A DNA stretch of 64,000 bases, taken from NCBI GenBank assembly GCA_050287085.1, contig JBNKBE010000013.1:32001-96000 (forward strand). The letters run 5' to 3'. Within the stretch, counting starts at the first letter, position 1; each line of letters opens with the position of its first letter. The notes beneath the pieces were generated by a model. The model did no database searches. It saw nothing but the letters and a program-made list of their open reading frames with translations, and had not been told where the DNA came from. A program made the position numbers and the translations under genes. This document shows, piece by piece, positions 27,022-36,985 of the stretch. This stretch comes from Polyangiaceae bacterium. Its GTDB lineage: Bacteria; Myxococcota_A; Polyangia; Polyangiales; Polyangiaceae.

Positions 27022-30000
27022 CGCCCGGCAGCGATAGCGATGGTGCTGCCCCTCGCGGGCTTTGGGAAGCCCTCATCGGCTGGTTTATCGACAACCGCTT
27101 GATCGTCTTCTTGCTCACAGTGCTACTGGTAGGCGCGGGGACTTATGTAGCGCCCTTCTCCATTCAGAGCGACGCCTTCCCGCGTGATCCGGTGCCTGTA
27201 GACGCGATCCCGGACATCGGAGAAAATCAGCAGATCGTCTTCACCGAGTGGCCCGGACGATCCCCGCGAGACATCGAAGACCAGATCACCTACCCGCTCA
27301 CCACGGCGCTGCTCGGGATCCCTGGCGTGCGCACCGTCCGCAGTTCGTCCGCGTTCGGCTTCTCGACGCTCTACGTCATCTTCAATGACGACGTCGAATT
27401 CTACTGGTCGCGCTCTAGGGTTCTAGAAAAGCTGGCGTCCCTTCCTCCCGGCACCGTACCGGAGGGTGTTACCCCAACGCTGGGTCCGGACGCGACCGCT
27501 CTCGGTCAGATATTCTGGTACACTCTCGAGGGACAAGATCCGAGCGGAAAGACCGTCGGTGGTTGGGATCCCGACGAACTGCGCAGCGTCCAAGATTGGA
27601 CCGTGCGCTATGCGCTGCAGTCGGTCGAAGGAGTGAGCGAAGTCGCATCGGTAGGCGGTTTCGTACAAGAATACCAAGTGGACGTCGATCCGGAGGCGAT
27701 GCGTGCGCACGGGGTGACGCTCGCGCAGGTGGCCAACGCGGTCCGAAGCAGCAATCTCGACGTCGGAGCCCGAACCCTTGAAGTTAACGGGGTTGAATAC
27801 GTCGTTCGTGGGATCGGTTTCGTGGAAAAGCTCGAAGATCTCGAAGCGACGGTGGTCGTTGCCCGAGAGCACACGCCGATTCGCATCCGCGACGTGGGGC
27901 GAGTCGCCATCGGCCCAGCCCTGAGACGCGGGGCTCTGGACGACGAGGGCGCCCCCGCGGTCGGGGGCGTTGTCGTGGCTCGCTACATGGAAAATCCGCT
28001 CGCCGTCATTTCCGCTGTGAAGGCGAAAATTGCCCAGGTGCAGGCGGGGCTTCCCAGCCGCGTGCTGGAAGATGGAACGAAGAGCCAGATCACGATCGTA
28101 CCGTTCTACGACCGCACGACGCTGATCGAAGAGACACTTGGGACGCTGTCAACCGCACTCTATCAGGAGATTCTCATCTCGCTGATCGTGGTACTGATCA
28201 TGCTGCGCAACCTGCGCAGCTCGCTGCTCATCTCGACCATGTTGCCCCTGGGCGTGCTCGCTGCGTTCGTGGTGATGAAAATCTCCGGCGTCGATGCGAA
28301 CATCATGGCGCTCGGTGGGGTCGCCATCGCGATCGGAACAATGGTCGATATCGGCATCGTTTTCGTCGAGAACATCAGTCAACACCTGGAATCGGCACCT
28401 CCCAATACGGAACGTAGGATGATCGTGCGGCGCGCGACTGCAGAGGTCGCGCCCGCGGTGATGACTTCGGTGCTCACCACCGTGGTCAGCTTTCTGCCTG
28501 TCTTTGGCCTGTCCTCCACGGAACTGCGACTCTTTGCCCCGCTGGCGTTCACAAAGACGTTCGCGATGACGAGCACGCTGCTACTCGCCCTCATCGTGCT
28601 CCCGGGTGCCGCGCTCTTGGTTCTGCGCGAGCGACCCGGTCCCGTCGTTCAGGTCGGTGGGAAAGTGCGCCGCATCCTGCGCTCGGTCCTGCGCGTCGAG
28701 CACCTAAGGGACTGGTTGCTGCTGGCCCTTGGCCTCTTCGTATTGGCCTACTACTCCTGGACTGGCCTACTGGTGGCGGCGCTCGGAGCATACCGACTCG
28801 CGCGCCCCGGGGTTACGGCGGCCGTCAAGCGCAATGCCACGCGACTGGAAAACGCTGCCGCCGTCGTCGTCGTTGCGCTGCTGCTCACCGAAGATTGGCT
28901 ACCCCTGGGCAGAAGTCAGGGCCTATTCATCAATATCGTGTTCGTCTTCCTCCTCATAGCTTCGGTGATGGGGACCTTCCGCCTATTCGAGTCGTTCTAC
29001 CCCCGACTGCTCGGAGCCCTACTCCAGCGCAAACTGCTATTCCTTTCCTTTCCGGTCGTGCTCTGCGTGTTTGGCGCCAGCGCGTGGCTCGGCACCGATA
29101 CGGTATTTGGCTTTCTACCCAAAGGGGTACTTGCGAGTCAGCCGCTTCGCGCAGCAGCTGCCGCACTGCCGGGTTTCGGTCGGGAATACATGCCCCCCTT
29201 CGACGAGGGTTCCTACTTGTACATGCCCACGACGATGCCCCACGCGTCGATAGGAGAAGTACTCGGCATGCTGTCAAACATGGACTCGGCAATTGCACAA
29301 ATTCCGGAAGTAGACCGCGTGGTGGGGAAGCTGGGGCGTGCCGACAGCGCCCTCGACCCGGCGCCGCTGTCCATGGTGGAAACGGTGATCACGTACAAGA
29401 CCGAGTACCGCGTCAACGACGACGGTTCCCGCGTGCGGCAATGGAGAGATCACATCCACACACCGCGTGACATCTGGAACGAGATCGTGCGCGCAGCCGA
29501 GCATCCAGGCATGACGAGCGCGCCCACGCTCATGCCAATCAATGCGCGCATCGTCATGCTTCAAAGTGGCATGCGCGCTCCGATGGGTATCAAAGTGCAC
29601 GGTCCGAGCTTGGAGACCATCGAGGTCTTCGGACTGGAGCTCGCGAAGGTGCTGGAGGCGGTACCGGCAGTGAGATCCGAGACAGTATTCGCCGACCGCG
29701 TTGTCGGCAAACCGTACCTAGAAATCGAACTGGATAGGGAGGCAATCGGACGTTTCGGCCTGACGATAGCGAGTGTCCAAAACGTACTCCAAGTGGCACT
29801 TGGAGGCATGGCCTTGACCCAGACCGTCGAAGGGCGTGAACGCTATCCAGTGCGCGTTCGCTATATGCGCGAAGAACGTGATAGCCTCGAAGCACTCGAG
29901 CGCATCTTTGTGCCCACCCCGAGCAACGAACAAATCCCGCTCGTCCAACTTTCCCAGATCCGCTACGTGCGCGGACCGCAGGTTATCAAGTCGGAGGACA

Positions 30001-30782
30001 CGTTTCTCACAAGCTATGTGCTCTTCGATCGACAACCCGACGTAGCCGAAGTCGATGCGGTGTTGCAGGCCAAACGCGCCATTCAAGAGGCTATTGAGGC
30101 CGGAAAGGTGACGGTCCCGGCGGGCGTGAGCTTCGAGTTTTCCGGCAGCTACGAAAACCAAGTCAGAAGTGAAAAGCGACTCCTATTGCTCATCCCCATA
30201 GCGCTCGTCCTGGTTTTCATCCTGCTCTATCTGCAGTTTCATCGTATCGCCACGAGTCTCATCATCTACTCGGGGGTGGCGGTCGCGGTGTCGGGCGGCT
30301 TTGGACTGCTGTGGCTCTACGGTCAACCCTGGTTTCTCGACTTCGAGCTGTTCTCGACTCCGATGCGCGACTTGTTTCAGGTGGGCGGCGTCAACATGTC
30401 GGTGGCCGTATGGATCGGCTTCATCGCGCTGATCGGCATCGCCACCGATGATGGGGTGGTCATGTCGACCTACCTGAAGCAGCGCTTCGACCAAGAGCCC
30501 CCGCGAACGCGTGAGGAAGTCCGGGAGCGCACACTCGAAGCCGGCGTGCGCCGAGTGCGCCCTTGTTTGATGACCACGGCCACCACAATTCTTGCGCTGC
30601 TGCCGGTCATTACGTCCCAGGGACGGGGCTCCGACATCATGGTGCCGATGGCGTTGCCTTCGGTGGGAGGCATGGCCGTTGAGCTGCTGACCCTGTTCGT
30701 GGTGCCAGTGCTGTATTGTGCGCTGGAAGAACGCAAAGTGGCGCGCGCGCAGCCCCCCGGAACAACAACCCCTCAGGGGTAG
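27018..30782 (+). CDS. cusA: CusA/SilA-type heavy-metal RND pump
   Basis: VDAIPDIGENQQIVFT, LGPDATALGQ, TM4 AIAIGTMVD (Cu/Ag-type), GIATDDGVVM, RVRPCLMT. Confidence 0.93.
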   Translation: MTPGSDSDGAAPRGLWEALIGWFIDNRLIVFLLTVLLVGAGTYVAPFSIQSDAFPRDPVPVDAIPDIGENQQIVFTEWPGRSPRDIEDQITYPLTTALLGIPGVRTVRSSSAFGFSTLYVIFNDDVEFYWSRSRVLEKLASLPPGTVPEGVTPTLGPDATALGQIFWYTLEGQDPSGKTVGGWDPDELRSVQDWTVRYALQSVEGVSEVASVGGFVQEYQVDVDPEAMRAHGVTLAQVANAVRSSNLDVGARTLEVNGVEYVVRGIGFVEKLEDLEATVVVAREHTPIRIRDVGRVAIGPALRRGALDDEGAPAVGGVVVARYMENPLAVISAVKAKIAQVQAGLPSRVLEDGTKSQITIVPFYDRTTLIEETLGTLSTALYQEILISLIVVLIMLRNLRSSLLISTMLPLGVLAAFVVMKISGVDANIMALGGVAIAIGTMVDIGIVFVENISQHLESAPPNTERRMIVRRATAEVAPAVMTSVLTTVVSFLPVFGLSSTELRLFAPLAFTKTFAMTSTLLLALIVLPGAALLVLRERPGPVVQVGGKVRRILRSVLRVEHLRDWLLLALGLFVLAYYSWTGLLVAALGAYRLARPGVTAAVKRNATRLENAAAVVVVALLLTEDWLPLGRSQGLFINIVFVFLLIASVMGTFRLFESFYPRLLGALLQRKLLFLSFPVVLCVFGASAWLGTDTVFGFLPKGVLASQPLRAAAAALPGFGREYMPPFDEGSYLYMPTTMPHASIGEVLGMLSNMDSAIAQIPEVDRVVGKLGRADSALDPAPLSMVETVITYKTEYRVNDDGSRVRQWRDHIHTPRDIWNEIVRAAEHPGMTSAPTLMPINARIVMLQSGMRAPMGIKVHGPSLETIEVFGLELAKVLEAVPAVRSETVFADRVVGKPYLEIELDREAIGRFGLTIASVQNVLQVALGGMALTQTVEGRERYPVRVRYMREERDSLEALERIFVPTPSNEQIPLVQLSQIRYVRGPQVIKSEDTFLTSYVLFDRQPDVAEVDAVLQAKRAIQEAIEAGKVTVPAGVSFEFSGSYENQVRSEKRLLLLIPIALVLVFILLYLQFHRIATSLIIYSGVAVAVSGGFGLLWLYGQPWFLDFELFSTPMRDLFQVGGVNMSVAVWIGFIALIGIATDDGVVMSTYLKQRFDQEPPRTREEVRERTLEAGVRRVRPCLMTTATTILALLPVITSQGRGSDIMVPMALPSVGGMAVELLTLFVVPVLYCALEERKVARAQPPGTTTPQG

Positions 30783-30880
30783 TCCGAGATCGCCACGAGC
30801 CCCGACAAGCCGCCGCATCTGAAACCCGACTGGACTGATGGTTTGCGGTTGAGGTCAAGATGAGGTACCCCCAAGGGGAG

Positions 30881-31384
30881 ATGGTTGGATTGTTCGCCAA
30901 CACCTTGCGCGTGCTTGCGACCTGGTGGCTGCTCGCCGCCATGTTGCTCGGAGCTGTACGAACAGCAGACTCGAGCTGCGGCCGTGCGCCTGAGCACAGG
31001 TGTGAGGCCGCTTGTCCGTGCCTCGGCTCCAACCAAGTTGATACTGCGGTAGAGCGCGGTGTCGCCGCTGAGCGCGGTGTCGCCGCCGAGCGCGGTGTCG
31101 CCGCCAAGCGCGGTGTCGCCGCGAAGCGCGGTGCAGACAAGGCCCAGTACAGGCGCGATGCGCCCGCCTCCGAGCATCGCGCTTGCACCGATGGCTGTGC
31201 TCATTGCACCTGTTGCCGAAGTCCGTCCCTCGCCGTCTTGTCGCTGGTCTCCGCTGGCGTAGAGCCCAGTGCGAACCGCGCTTGGCCACTGCGGGCTCTC
31301 GCCCCAGCAGAGGCTCCCAGGGCGGGGATCTGCGAGGGCGTGTTTCGACCGCCACGTGGACCTTCGGCCCCAAGCCGAAGCTAA
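30881..31384 (+). CDS. Cys-rich exported leader protein ending in FRPPR (CzcI/DUF2946-like architecture)
   Basis: RBS AAGGGGAG, hydrophobic N-terminus, CEAACPC and CTDGCAHCTCC clusters, C-terminal GVFRPPR; first ORF upstream of czcBA. Confidence 0.6.
   Translation: MVGLFANTLRVLATWWLLAAMLLGAVRTADSSCGRAPEHRCEAACPCLGSNQVDTAVERGVAAERGVAAERGVAAKRGVAAKRGADKAQYRRDAPASEHRACTDGCAHCTCCRSPSLAVLSLVSAGVEPSANRAWPLRALAPAEAPRAGICEGVFRPPRGPSAPSRS
31052..31133. repeat. 18-bp in-frame tandem repeat, about 4.5 copies, encoding (E/K)RGVAA
   Basis: (G/A)AGCGCGGTGTCGCCGCN units at 31052, 31070, 31088, 31106 and a partial at 31124. Confidence 0.92.
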
Positions 31385-31451
31385 AGGGCCCGCGGAGGGC
31401 AAAGTCATCCTACGCCGGACGACCCTCTTGCCGTGGCGGGTGGGCTCGTCG

Positions 31452-31516
31452 GCACTGCACTGCTCAAACGCACTGCACTGCTCAACGCATTGACCAACTC
31501 GCCGCACTGCTCAAAC
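31452..31516. repeat. 18-bp duplication plus a partial third copy
   Basis: GCACTGCACTGCTCAAAC at 31452, near-copy at 31470, GCACTGCTCAAAC at 31504. Confidence 0.8.
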
Positions 31517-31665
31517 ACGCCCGCGGACTGATGGCCGCGGACGCGATCGGCATTGCCGTGCTCTTCGCCCGCCCTGCACAGGAGCTTCGCACGCCGCGAC
31601 AGCTTGGCAAGCGCCAGCCGCCTTGGCCCGCCACCGCGCTGCCAGCCCGTCCCTACTCGCCACGC

Positions 31666-31710
31666 CCCGGTCGCTCAGAACCCGGTCGCTCAGAACCCGG
31701 TCGCTCAGAA
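31666..31710. repeat. 15-bp perfect tandem repeat x3
   Basis: CCCGGTCGCTCAGAA three times, ending 24 bp before the czcB ATG. Confidence 0.92.
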
Positions 31711-31734
31711 CCCCAGCCGCTCCAGGTGGTCCCC

Positions 31735-33177
31735 ATGTCTTCTATGCTCTGCTGCCCTCGACGACGATACGCCGTGTTCGCTGCCCCCCTTTGCTTAGGG
31801 CTCGCGGCCTGCGACACGGCCCCAACCCCTCCCGACGCGCATCCCGCGTACGCCGCCCCCACAGCCAGCGCCGATCGCCCAGCGCTGGCGCAGTCCGCTG
31901 CCGTGGTGACCGACTCTGAAAGCAACGCCGGAGCGCCCGCGAGCGACTGGTGTTTGGAACACGGCCTGCCAGAATCTCAATGCACCCGCTGCCACCCCGA
32001 CTTGGCCGCCAAGTTTCAAGCGGAAGGCGACTGGTGCCAAGAACACGGCTACCCGGAATCGGGCTGCCCCATCTGCCACCCGGTCTCTGCACCTTCGGAC
32101 GTGGCCACGGCAACCCTCGAAGCCAAGGTACTACAGCTCAACCCTCCGGAGCTGGAGCGGACCATCGGCTTGCGCACGGCGCCTGCTATGGCCGGCCGCG
32201 CCCCTTCGAAGGTGGTCTGCACAGCGCGGATCGCCTTCGACGCAGACAAGGTGGCCGACGTGCGCGCCCTCATTCCCGGCGTGGTGCGTCGGGTGCACAC
32301 CGAGCTTGGAGCTCGCGTGACCCCCCACAGCCCCCTCTTCGAACTCGAAAGTGCCGGCGTCGGGGTGGTCCAAGGCACCCTTCAAGCCGCACGGCAACGG
32401 GTGCGCGCGGCGCAAGCAAATCTCACCCGGCAGCTCGAGCTCAGAGCCAATGACCTCACGAGCGCTCGGCAAGTTGAACTCGCTCAGCAGGAACTAGCCA
32501 GTGCCCAAGCCGAAACCCACACAGCGGAAGCCACTCTGAGCATGGCTGGGGCAGCCCGAACCATGCCTTCTGGACGCTATACCCTATCAGCCCCCATGGC
32601 GGGCACCATCGTGCGCCGGCCCGCTGTGGTCGGTACGTTCGCGACCGAAAGCGAATCGCTAGCCACCATCGCCGACCTGTCAGTGATGTGGGCGTTGTGC
32701 GACGTGCCAGAGCTTAACGCAGGACGGGTCGCCCTGGGACAAGCAGTCGATCTTAGAGTCGACGGCGCGGGTCCGCCCATGAGCGGCACGCTCACCTGGC
32801 TCTCAGCCGAAGTGAATCCCCGAACGCGCACTGTTGCAGCCCGCATTGAGCTGCCGAACCCGGGTGGAAAGCTACGTGCCAATCAGTTCGCGCACGCAGA
32901 GATCACAGTCGACCCAGGCTCTCCGGGAGTCACGGTTCCGCGCGTATCCGTCCAGCGTATTGGCGAGCAAGAGGTGGTGTTCGTCCGTACGGCCCCGGGC
33001 GTCTATCAACCCCGCGTCGTCAAGACTCTGAACCAAGACGAGCGCGTCCAAGTCCAGGGGCGCGTTCAGCCGGGAGATGCGGTCGTCACGACGGGTGGGG
33101 TGTTCTTGCGAACTGAGCTCGTACCCGGAGCCGTCGGTGCCGGCTGCTGCGAAGTCGAGCCCAGAGGAGTTCAGTGA
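31735..33177 (+). CDS. czcB: CzcB-type RND periplasmic adaptor, lipoprotein
   Basis: Lipobox LGLAAC; duplicated WCxEHGxPESxCxxCHP motif; SAPMAGTIV, LRANQFA; C-terminal GAGCC. Start chosen at 31735, not 31183. Confidence 0.85.
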   Translation: MSSMLCCPRRRYAVFAAPLCLGLAACDTAPTPPDAHPAYAAPTASADRPALAQSAAVVTDSESNAGAPASDWCLEHGLPESQCTRCHPDLAAKFQAEGDWCQEHGYPESGCPICHPVSAPSDVATATLEAKVLQLNPPELERTIGLRTAPAMAGRAPSKVVCTARIAFDADKVADVRALIPGVVRRVHTELGARVTPHSPLFELESAGVGVVQGTLQAARQRVRAAQANLTRQLELRANDLTSARQVELAQQELASAQAETHTAEATLSMAGAARTMPSGRYTLSAPMAGTIVRRPAVVGTFATESESLATIADLSVMWALCDVPELNAGRVALGQAVDLRVDGAGPPMSGTLTWLSAEVNPRTRTVAARIELPNPGGKLRANQFAHAEITVDPGSPGVTVPRVSVQRIGEQEVVFVRTAPGVYQPRVVKTLNQDERVQVQGRVQPGDAVVTTGGVFLRTELVPGAVGAGCCEVEPRGVQ

Positions 33178-36100
33178 TGCTGGCTCCCTTAATCGACATC
33201 TGCCTGCGCCACCGCCCCATCGTACTGTTGGCCACCGCGGCGCTCACGTTGAGCGGTCTGGTCAGCTTATCCCATCTGCCCTTCGACGCTTTTCCCGACA
33301 CCACACCGGTGCAGGTACAAGTCAATACTACGGCTCCAGCACTCTCACCCCTCGAAGTGGAACGACAGATCACCTTCCCCTTGGAGCAGGTTGTCTCCGG
33401 GCTTCCGGGCCTTACTGAGGTGCGCTCGATCTCGAAGTTCGGACTGTCGCAGCTCACGGCGCTCTTTGAAGACGGAACCGACATCTACCTGGCGCGGCAG
33501 GTTCTGGCTGAACGCCTCTCGACGGCGGAACTCCCAGCCCGGGTCTCTCGCCCTTCGCTCGGACCGGTTTCAAGCGGACTCGGTGAGGTATTCCAATACG
33601 TATTGCACAGCAACACGCTTTCCACCGAAGAGCTCCGAACCCTGCACCACTGGGTCATTCGCCCCCAGATGCTGCAGGTGCCCTCCGTCGCCGAGATCAA
33701 CACTTGGGGTGGTCACGAAAAGCAGTATCACATCCTTGTCTCCCCTGAGCGCTTGGTCAAGCACGCTCTAACTCTGGACGACGTGGCTCGTGCGGTCCGC
33801 CAAGGGAATCGCAACGCGGGAGGGGGTATCATCGACCAAGCGGGCGAATCCCTCTTCGTACAAGGCCAAGGTTTGATATCCAGCATCGCCGACCTCGAAG
33901 CGATGGTGCTCGCCCAGGTCGACGGGATCGCCATCCATCTGAAAGACGTTGCAGATGTCCGCATAGGTCACGAGATTCGGCGCGGCGCCGTGACCTACCA
34001 AGGCAATGGAGAGGCAGTACTCGGGCTCGGCTTCACACTCATGGGCGCAAACAGCCGGGAGCTGAGCGAGAAACTCGAGGACCGATTGCGGGCCGCAAAA
34101 CTGAGCTTGCCGGCAGACGCCTCCCTGACCGAAGTCTACAGCCGCAGGGACCTCGTCGACCAAGTCCTTCGAACGGTGCGTACGAACCTGTTGGAAGGAG
34201 CGCTGCTAGTAATTGCGATCACCTTCGCATTCCTGGGCAATCTCCGTGCCGGTCTCATCGTAGCTCTCGCCATTCCGCTCTCGATGCTGGTCGCCTTCAA
34301 CGCGATGTTGAGATTCGGAGTGGCCGGTAGCCTGATGAGCCTCGGAGCCATCGACTTCGGGTTGATCGTCGACAGCTCCGTCATCCTGGTTGAAAACGCC
34401 GTGCGACGTTTGGACGAAGACACCGAAGGTCGCAGCGTGCGCGAGGTGGTGCGTGAAGCTGCACTCGAAGTCCGCCGCCCAACGCTCTTTGGCGAACTCA
34501 TCATCGCGGTCGTCTATCTTCCCATTCTGACGCTGGAAGGCGTGGAGGGAAAGCTCTTCCGACCCATGGCTATCACCGTGATCTTCGCGCTGATGGGTTC
34601 AATGCTCCTCTCGATGACGTTAACGCCGGTGCTCGCCAGCTACGGCCTCAAGAAGGGGCGCGCCCGGGGTGACAATCGCGGCGTGCGATGGCTGAAGCGC
34701 TGCTACCGGCCGGTCTTGACCTGGGCGTTGAGCCACCGCGTGCCGGTCATGACCGGCGCCGCGCTGCTGGTCGTCAACGGCGCATGGCTCGCAACTCAGC
34801 TCGGTTCGGAATTCGTGCCGCGCCTTCAGGAACAAGCCCTGGTGATCAACACGGTCCGCATGGCAGGTGTATCCTTGGACGAGTCCGTGCGCTACGGCAC
34901 CGCCATCGAGAACCTCTTGCTCCAACGCTACCCAAATGAAATCGCACATATCTGGACGCGCACCGGAAGTGCTGAAGTCGCCACCGACCCGATGGGCATC
35001 GAAGTCTCCGACGTCTTCATCACTCTCAAGGAGCGTGATGCGTGGCGGGTCGCCAGCACCCAAGACGGCCTGGTCGCCGCCATGAGCCAGACGCTCGAGG
35101 GGCTCCCCGGCATGCGCAGCGTCTTCAGCCAGCCTATCGAAATGCGAGTGAACGAGATGGTCGCGGGGATCCGCGCAGACGTCGGGATCAAGATCTTCGG
35201 CGACGATTTCGCCGTCTTGAGCACCCTGGGAGAGAAGATCCGACGCATTGTGGAACGCATACCAGGAGCCACCGATGTCTCCGTGGAACAACTCACGGGG
35301 CAAGCCATGCTGACGGTCGACATCGATCGCCAAGCCGCAGGGCGATATGGCATCCCCCCCGGGGAAATCTTGGAAACCATCGAGTCCTTTGGCACTCGCA
35401 AGCTAGGTCAAGCCATCGAAGGCCAGCGACGCTTTGACATCGTCTTGCGCCTGGATGACGACACGCGAACCTCGATTCAGCGCATGGGACAGGTATTGCT
35501 ACACACAGCAACGGGTGCACAGGTTCCACTTTCGTCCGTCGCCAAGCTGCAGCGAGTCGAAGGCCCGTCCACAATACAACGGGAATGGGCCAAGCGCCGC
35601 GTTGCGGTCCAAGTCAACGTGCGCGGCCGCGACGTGGGTTCGTTCGTTCGCGATGTCCGCGAAGCGCTGGCGCAGTTCAGACTCCCGGACGGGTACTACA
35701 CAACCTTCGGCGGGCAATTCAAAAACCTCGAGCGGGCACAGCGACGTTTGCTCTTCGTTGTTCCCCTGGCATTGCTCCTCGTCTTTTCTCTGCTCTATCT
35801 GACCTACGGCCGCGCCGCAGACGCCCTGCGCGTCTTCACCGGCGTGCCCCTAGGGGCTGTCGGGGGTGTCATGGCGCTCTGGGTGCGGGACATGCCCCTA
35901 TCGATCTCCGCGGGCGTAGGCTTCATCGCCCTTTCCGGTGTTGCCGTCCTCGGAGATATGGTGCTGGTGTCCAACGTTGTCCAACGCGTCGCGCGCGGGC
36001 TCGCCCCCTCCGACGCCATCCGGCTCGCCGCAGAAACACGGCTGAGACCGGTATTGATGACGGCTGCGGTCGCGGCCTTCGGGTTCGTACCCATGGCCTT

Positions 36101-36239
36101 CAATACCGGAGTTGGCGCAGAGGTGCAGCGTCCCCTGGCAACCGTTGTATTGGGCGGCATGCTCACGTCCACCATTGCCACCCTGCTGGTGCTACCGGTA
36201 CTGTACGCGGCGCTAAGCCGCCCGGACCCTGCACGATGA
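33174..36239 (+). CDS. czcA: CzcA-type divalent heavy-metal RND pump
   Basis: DAFPDTTPVQVQVNT, TM4 GAIDFGLIVDSSVILVEN (Co/Zn/Cd-type), EGKLFRPMA, GAEVQRPLATVV. Confidence 0.94.
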   Translation: MMLAPLIDICLRHRPIVLLATAALTLSGLVSLSHLPFDAFPDTTPVQVQVNTTAPALSPLEVERQITFPLEQVVSGLPGLTEVRSISKFGLSQLTALFEDGTDIYLARQVLAERLSTAELPARVSRPSLGPVSSGLGEVFQYVLHSNTLSTEELRTLHHWVIRPQMLQVPSVAEINTWGGHEKQYHILVSPERLVKHALTLDDVARAVRQGNRNAGGGIIDQAGESLFVQGQGLISSIADLEAMVLAQVDGIAIHLKDVADVRIGHEIRRGAVTYQGNGEAVLGLGFTLMGANSRELSEKLEDRLRAAKLSLPADASLTEVYSRRDLVDQVLRTVRTNLLEGALLVIAITFAFLGNLRAGLIVALAIPLSMLVAFNAMLRFGVAGSLMSLGAIDFGLIVDSSVILVENAVRRLDEDTEGRSVREVVREAALEVRRPTLFGELIIAVVYLPILTLEGVEGKLFRPMAITVIFALMGSMLLSMTLTPVLASYGLKKGRARGDNRGVRWLKRCYRPVLTWALSHRVPVMTGAALLVVNGAWLATQLGSEFVPRLQEQALVINTVRMAGVSLDESVRYGTAIENLLLQRYPNEIAHIWTRTGSAEVATDPMGIEVSDVFITLKERDAWRVASTQDGLVAAMSQTLEGLPGMRSVFSQPIEMRVNEMVAGIRADVGIKIFGDDFAVLSTLGEKIRRIVERIPGATDVSVEQLTGQAMLTVDIDRQAAGRYGIPPGEILETIESFGTRKLGQAIEGQRRFDIVLRLDDDTRTSIQRMGQVLLHTATGAQVPLSSVAKLQRVEGPSTIQREWAKRRVAVQVNVRGRDVGSFVRDVREALAQFRLPDGYYTTFGGQFKNLERAQRRLLFVVPLALLLVFSLLYLTYGRAADALRVFTGVPLGAVGGVMALWVRDMPLSISAGVGFIALSGVAVLGDMVLVSNVVQRVARGLAPSDAIRLAAETRLRPVLMTAAVAAFGFVPMAFNTGVGAEVQRPLATVVLGGMLTSTIATLLVLPVLYAALSRPDPAR

Positions 36240-36769
36240 GTCGCCGCTACCGCTGGATCGCAGCCCTCGCACTGGCGCAAGCGGGGCTCTTGGGCGCGTT
36301 CTGGTGGGTCGAACGCGAAAGAGCCGCCGACTCAGTCCCCGCACTCGGAAGCCTTCCCCCCGAACATATCGACTTGAGCCTGCCGGCTTTGAACGTCCAG
36401 CGGCGGCGCGGCAGCGACGAACGATTGCGTGCCCCGCGCCGCCCGACTCTCCTGCACGTGTGGGCGAGCTGGTGTCCACCCTGCCGAGCGGAGTTGCCGG
36501 GGCTTCTCGCATTGCCCGAGCACTACGACATCGAAGTCATTGCGCTTTCCGTCGACAAGACCTGGGCCCAGGTGGATACGCTCAGGGCAGCGAGGCAAGA
36601 TCCGCGTATCCTCTTGGCCCAAGCCCGAGAAGTCACGCTCGGCCTAGGCGTACGGGAGCTGCCAACCACGTTCCTCCTGGACGGCTCTGGCAAGCTCACT
36701 CTGCGCTTCAATGGCGCCCGCGACTGGACCGATCGGGCCTTCGTCGAGCGATACCTGCGGCCGCGCTAG
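36236..36769 (+). CDS. TlpA-like membrane-anchored thioredoxin
   Basis: N-terminal TM, HVWASWCPPCRAELP, LPTTFLLD; ATGA coupling to czcA. Confidence 0.88.
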   Translation: MSRRYRWIAALALAQAGLLGAFWWVERERAADSVPALGSLPPEHIDLSLPALNVQRRRGSDERLRAPRRPTLLHVWASWCPPCRAELPGLLALPEHYDIEVIALSVDKTWAQVDTLRAARQDPRILLAQAREVTLGLGVRELPTTFLLDGSGKLTLRFNGARDWTDRAFVERYLRPR

Positions 36770-36985
36770 CGTTCGAGCGGAGCCCGCTGCAGGCCTCACG
36801 TCTTCCCCGGCGCAAAATAGGTCATCAAGTCGCGAGCCTTCTTTTTTGGATGAGAGAGCATAGATCGGGAAGCCCACGGCCAAGAAGGCCGCTACGAATC
36901 GGTGCCCTTGACCCGAGTCAATCGCTAGCCAAAAAAGCGGTTCCACCCCGCCCACGCCCAGCCCCCCTAGATCACTGCCCCCGCC

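Noticed and set aside
31183..31734. 664-aa CzcB with a long N-terminal extension
   Set aside because: The extension overlaps the leader ORF and repeats, and the lipoprotein signal only makes sense from a start near 31735.
35585..36235. 394-aa ORF overlapping czcA
   Set aside because: Only the part from ATG 36236 is TlpA-like; the rest is an off-frame shadow of czcA.
36928..36942. Ada box (AAAAAAGCGG) upstream of ada
   Set aside because: Only a partial match to the E. coli site and too short to support.
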